The position numbers and the translations under genes were made by a program. From Monocercomonoides exilis PA203 (taxonomy: Eukaryota; Protista; Preaxostyla), in the NCBI GenBank assembly GCA_001643675.2, contig LSRY02000003.1, positions 1,984,001 through 2,048,000 on the forward strand: DNA of 64,000 nucleotides, in the 5' to 3' direction. Below, piece by piece: positions 61,263-64,000 of the stretch. Numbering within the stretch: the first letter of the stretch is position 1; each line of letters opens with the position of its first letter. Below the pieces are notes generated by a model that saw nothing but the letters and a program-made list of their open reading frames with translations, was not told the origin of the DNA and made no database searches.

Positions 61263-64000
61263 GAAACCCTGTTCCATCTGTTTCCATCACTCGAGAACGG
61301 CGAGCTTTTGTTGCTGGTTGATCTTTCTGATCCGAATTTGGATGTTGTGTTTGTGGATCCATTGGAGCTGTTGTATGACGCGAAAGCCTATTTCAAAAAG
61401 CTTCTTGTGGCCGGGGCAGCGCAGCAGTCGTCTCTTCGCTCGGCACCTTCTTCTTCTTCGTCTTCTTCAACAGGAGCAACACGCCGATCAACTTCGCCAT
61501 TCCGGAGGCGGAAAAGCGACGAGAAGAAGGCAGCAGGAGATGATCAGCCATCATCTTCATCAGCGCCTGCGATTGACCCTTCGGATGCGTCGGCTGTGGC
61601 TGCGTCATACACATCGACAGGAGCGATGGACGATATCGAGAGGCGGCTGCGGATTGTGGTGCCAGAGGCGGCTGGGGTGTATGGGCGGCACATGCCGCTG
61701 TCGCTGCAGCTGCTGCTGTCGCCGCGGGCGCTGCAGACGCTGCGGGGATATGTTGTGGCTCGGCGGGCGGTGCTGTATGGGGGTGTTGTATGTGCATACG
61801 ATGTGGCACTTTCAGCGATGCTTTCGGTTCCGCTGGTGGCTCCGCTTCCTTCGCTTGCAGCGTCGGTGGGCACGAAGTCGGGGAGCAAGCGGATCTTTGC
61901 AGCGGCAGATGTGAATGCGTTCCCGTCGATCTACGATCTGTTTGACCCGTCGCTGCTTCCGTCGGCGATAGCGCGGCTGGTGTCGCGATCGCCGCAGTCG
62001 AGGCGTGTGGTGGTGAAGCTGGACGACGAAGTGATGGGGCGAGGGATTGCAGTGTGTGAAGTTGGGGGGATTGTAGAGAAAGGGTTGTCGGCAGCGGGGC
62101 TGAGGATGGAGGATGTGGTTCTGTCACCAGCAGCGATTGCGCTGGCGGTGCTGGAGGAGCGGGAAGAAGCAGAGGAAGGAGAAAAGGGAGGCAAAGAGGG
62201 AGAAGAAAAGGGAGAAGAAAAGGGAGAAGATGGAAGGAGAGAGGGAGATGATGGGAATGAGGAGAAAGGCGGGTATCCGACAGCGCACAGAGAGTTTGTG
62301 GAGAAAATCAAAGAGAACCAGGGGAAGCTGGAAGAAGCGATGGCACCGCTGGTTGTGGAGGCGCTTGGGCTGAGTGGGCTGAGGTTTGTGAAGGCAGAGA
62401 CTGAGGTGGGTGCAGACAAGCAGCATTCAGTTGAACCCGAAGTGCGCAGTTCTTCTCCATCTGATGGCATCCAACAGGAGAACAGGAGAGCAGCAGAAGA
62501 AGCAGCAGACGGGTCTTTGGGTTTAGCTTCAGATGGAAGAGAAGAAAATGTGGGGAAAGATGAGGAACAGGTGGAAATGGCTGCGAATGATTTGGGGATG
62601 AATGAGGAGTCAGGGAAAGAGGGTGGTTCCATTGATTTGGAGAAGGAAGAGGAGGAAGAAGAAGAAGAGGGGCAGATTCTGGATGTGGAATCGCTGCTGA
62701 GTGTTCCTGCGCACCCGGAGTGTGTGACGCTGGTTGACGAGAGTGCGTATGGGAGCTGGCGGGACTATCTGGTGACGATGACGGTGACGGGGGCGCTGGT
62801 GGAGCTGTGTGCGGAGCGGGAGCGGATTGTGGGGAAGCCTGTTGTGGAAGGGATGATACAGCCGGACGGGACGATGAGCATCACGTTTATTGGGGAGAGG
62901 CTGTTTGGGAGGAGAGAGAAGAGAAGAGAAGGGGGTGTGGGTATAGGTGTGGGTATGGGGGTGGGTGGAGGTGGATGTTTGGCATCGGATGGAGTGTCGT
63001 TGCATTTGAGCTCGGACAGGCAGAGAGAGAGGATGGACGAGTTTGTTGCGATAGGGGCGGTTGTGCCGCAGGAAAGTGTGCCGTCGATCGCTCTGCGGGA
63101 TGCGACGTATGCGATTGGGCAAGTGTGCCACGGGAAAGGGATGATTGGGGTGTTTAGTGTTTCGTATTGTGTGTTTGTGGACGAGTGGGAGTCGCTGCGG
63201 ATGTGTGCGGTGGATCTTTCGGTGGGCCCGCTGGCAGCGTCGTCGGCGTTCCGGTGGATGTCGTATCTGCTGCAGGGGGGCATCGAGATTGCGTCTGAAA
63301 CTACCTCCTTCCGCGCCGCGGCGGCACTGCTGCTTTGCATGTGCGTGCTCCGTCCTCTGATTCTGCGCATTCTGCCTGTGCTCGGCCTCAGGGCTGTTCG
63401 AGCGGAGCACACAGGTCGACCTCGCCGCGCCAGGTGGCAGGTGTGCAGAGAGTGTCTCCTCAGGCGGTGTGTGGCTCAGCAAGCGCCTCTGCACAGGCGT
63501 GTGCCTGCCTCTCTCCAGCGGCGACACGCAGCTTTGTGATAGTGCAGCCGTTCTACCAGCCGGAGCTGTCGCGTGTGCCGCACGGGCAGTTCTTTTCGAA
63601 CTGCCGGGAGCACAACATCACGTTTGACTTTGAGGGGAAGTGCGGTGTTCTGTTCCAGCTGGCCGGGCATCTCATTGCGGGGGTTGTGGGGTTTGTTGCG
63701 TGCGAGCGGTCGGTGGAGCTTGCGGCGCGGACAGCAGCGCGAGCGCTGGAGACGGTGGCAGTGCAGATGCTGCACTGTGCGTTTGTTTCTGCGCTGAGCT
63801 GGGAAGAGAAGAAAAGGATGGAAAAGCGGGTGTATGGAGAGAACGGGGCTGTGGCAAGAGGGACGGCGCTGGGGAGGCTGGCTGGGCTTGGGGGTGGGCT
63901 TGTGAAAAGCGCGCGAGAGAAAGGAGACTTGGCAAAGGCTGGTCTTAACGACCGGTCGCGCATCGGCGCTGCAGTTCCTCTGAAAGTTCCGTTTGGCCAG
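61263..64000 (+). CDS. IQCH: IQCH-like (IQ motif-containing H, ATP-grasp-like) protein, partial at both ends
   Basis: LVDLSDPNLDVVFV, RLRIVVPEA, HMPLSLQLLLSPRAL, TKSGSKRIFAAADV, VVKLDDEVMGRGIA and AIGQVCHGKGMIGVFSV match my recollection of IQCH. After a frame change between ~63290 and 63530 (intron or frameshift) it reads RSFVIVQPFYQPELSRVPHGQFFSNCREHNITFDFEGKCGVLF, open to the window end. Confidence 0.8.

Noticed and set aside
61318-63963. Many overlapping ORFs on both strands
   Set aside because: Expected in GC-rich coding DNA; only the IQCH-like frames show recognisable motifs.

Overview
AT-rich eukaryotic genomic DNA read with the standard genetic code. It has short spliceosomal introns with GTTTGT/GTGTG-type donors and GAA/TTC microsatellites. 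The style and gene families resemble an oxymonad such as Monocercomonoides, but this is an inference. About 70% of the window is a cluster of 14 paralogous cassettes encoding a Cys-rich, GGA(L/I)...FxxN-repeat, predicted right-handed beta-helix (Pmp/pectin-lyase-like) secreted or surface protein. The cassettes alternate invariant framework with hypervariable aromatic-rich segments, and those segments are swapped between copies in short identical patches (mosaicism). Eight cassettes stop at the same breakpoint, two are long forms, and most have a disabled start or leader. They sit in repeated units with a convergent degenerate partner ORF, arranged in three related sub-clusters that include a ~4.1 kb near-perfect inverted repeat. 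The rest holds a decayed single-pass membrane-protein gene between degenerate inverted repeats, MITE-like hairpins, a head-to-head pair (an unknown Ser-rich protein and a NEK-type kinase with Zn-finger/ARM tail), and a GC-rich IQCH-like gene running off the right end. The best candidate new system is a combinatorial variable surface-protein/receptor cassette library diversified by segmental gene conversion.
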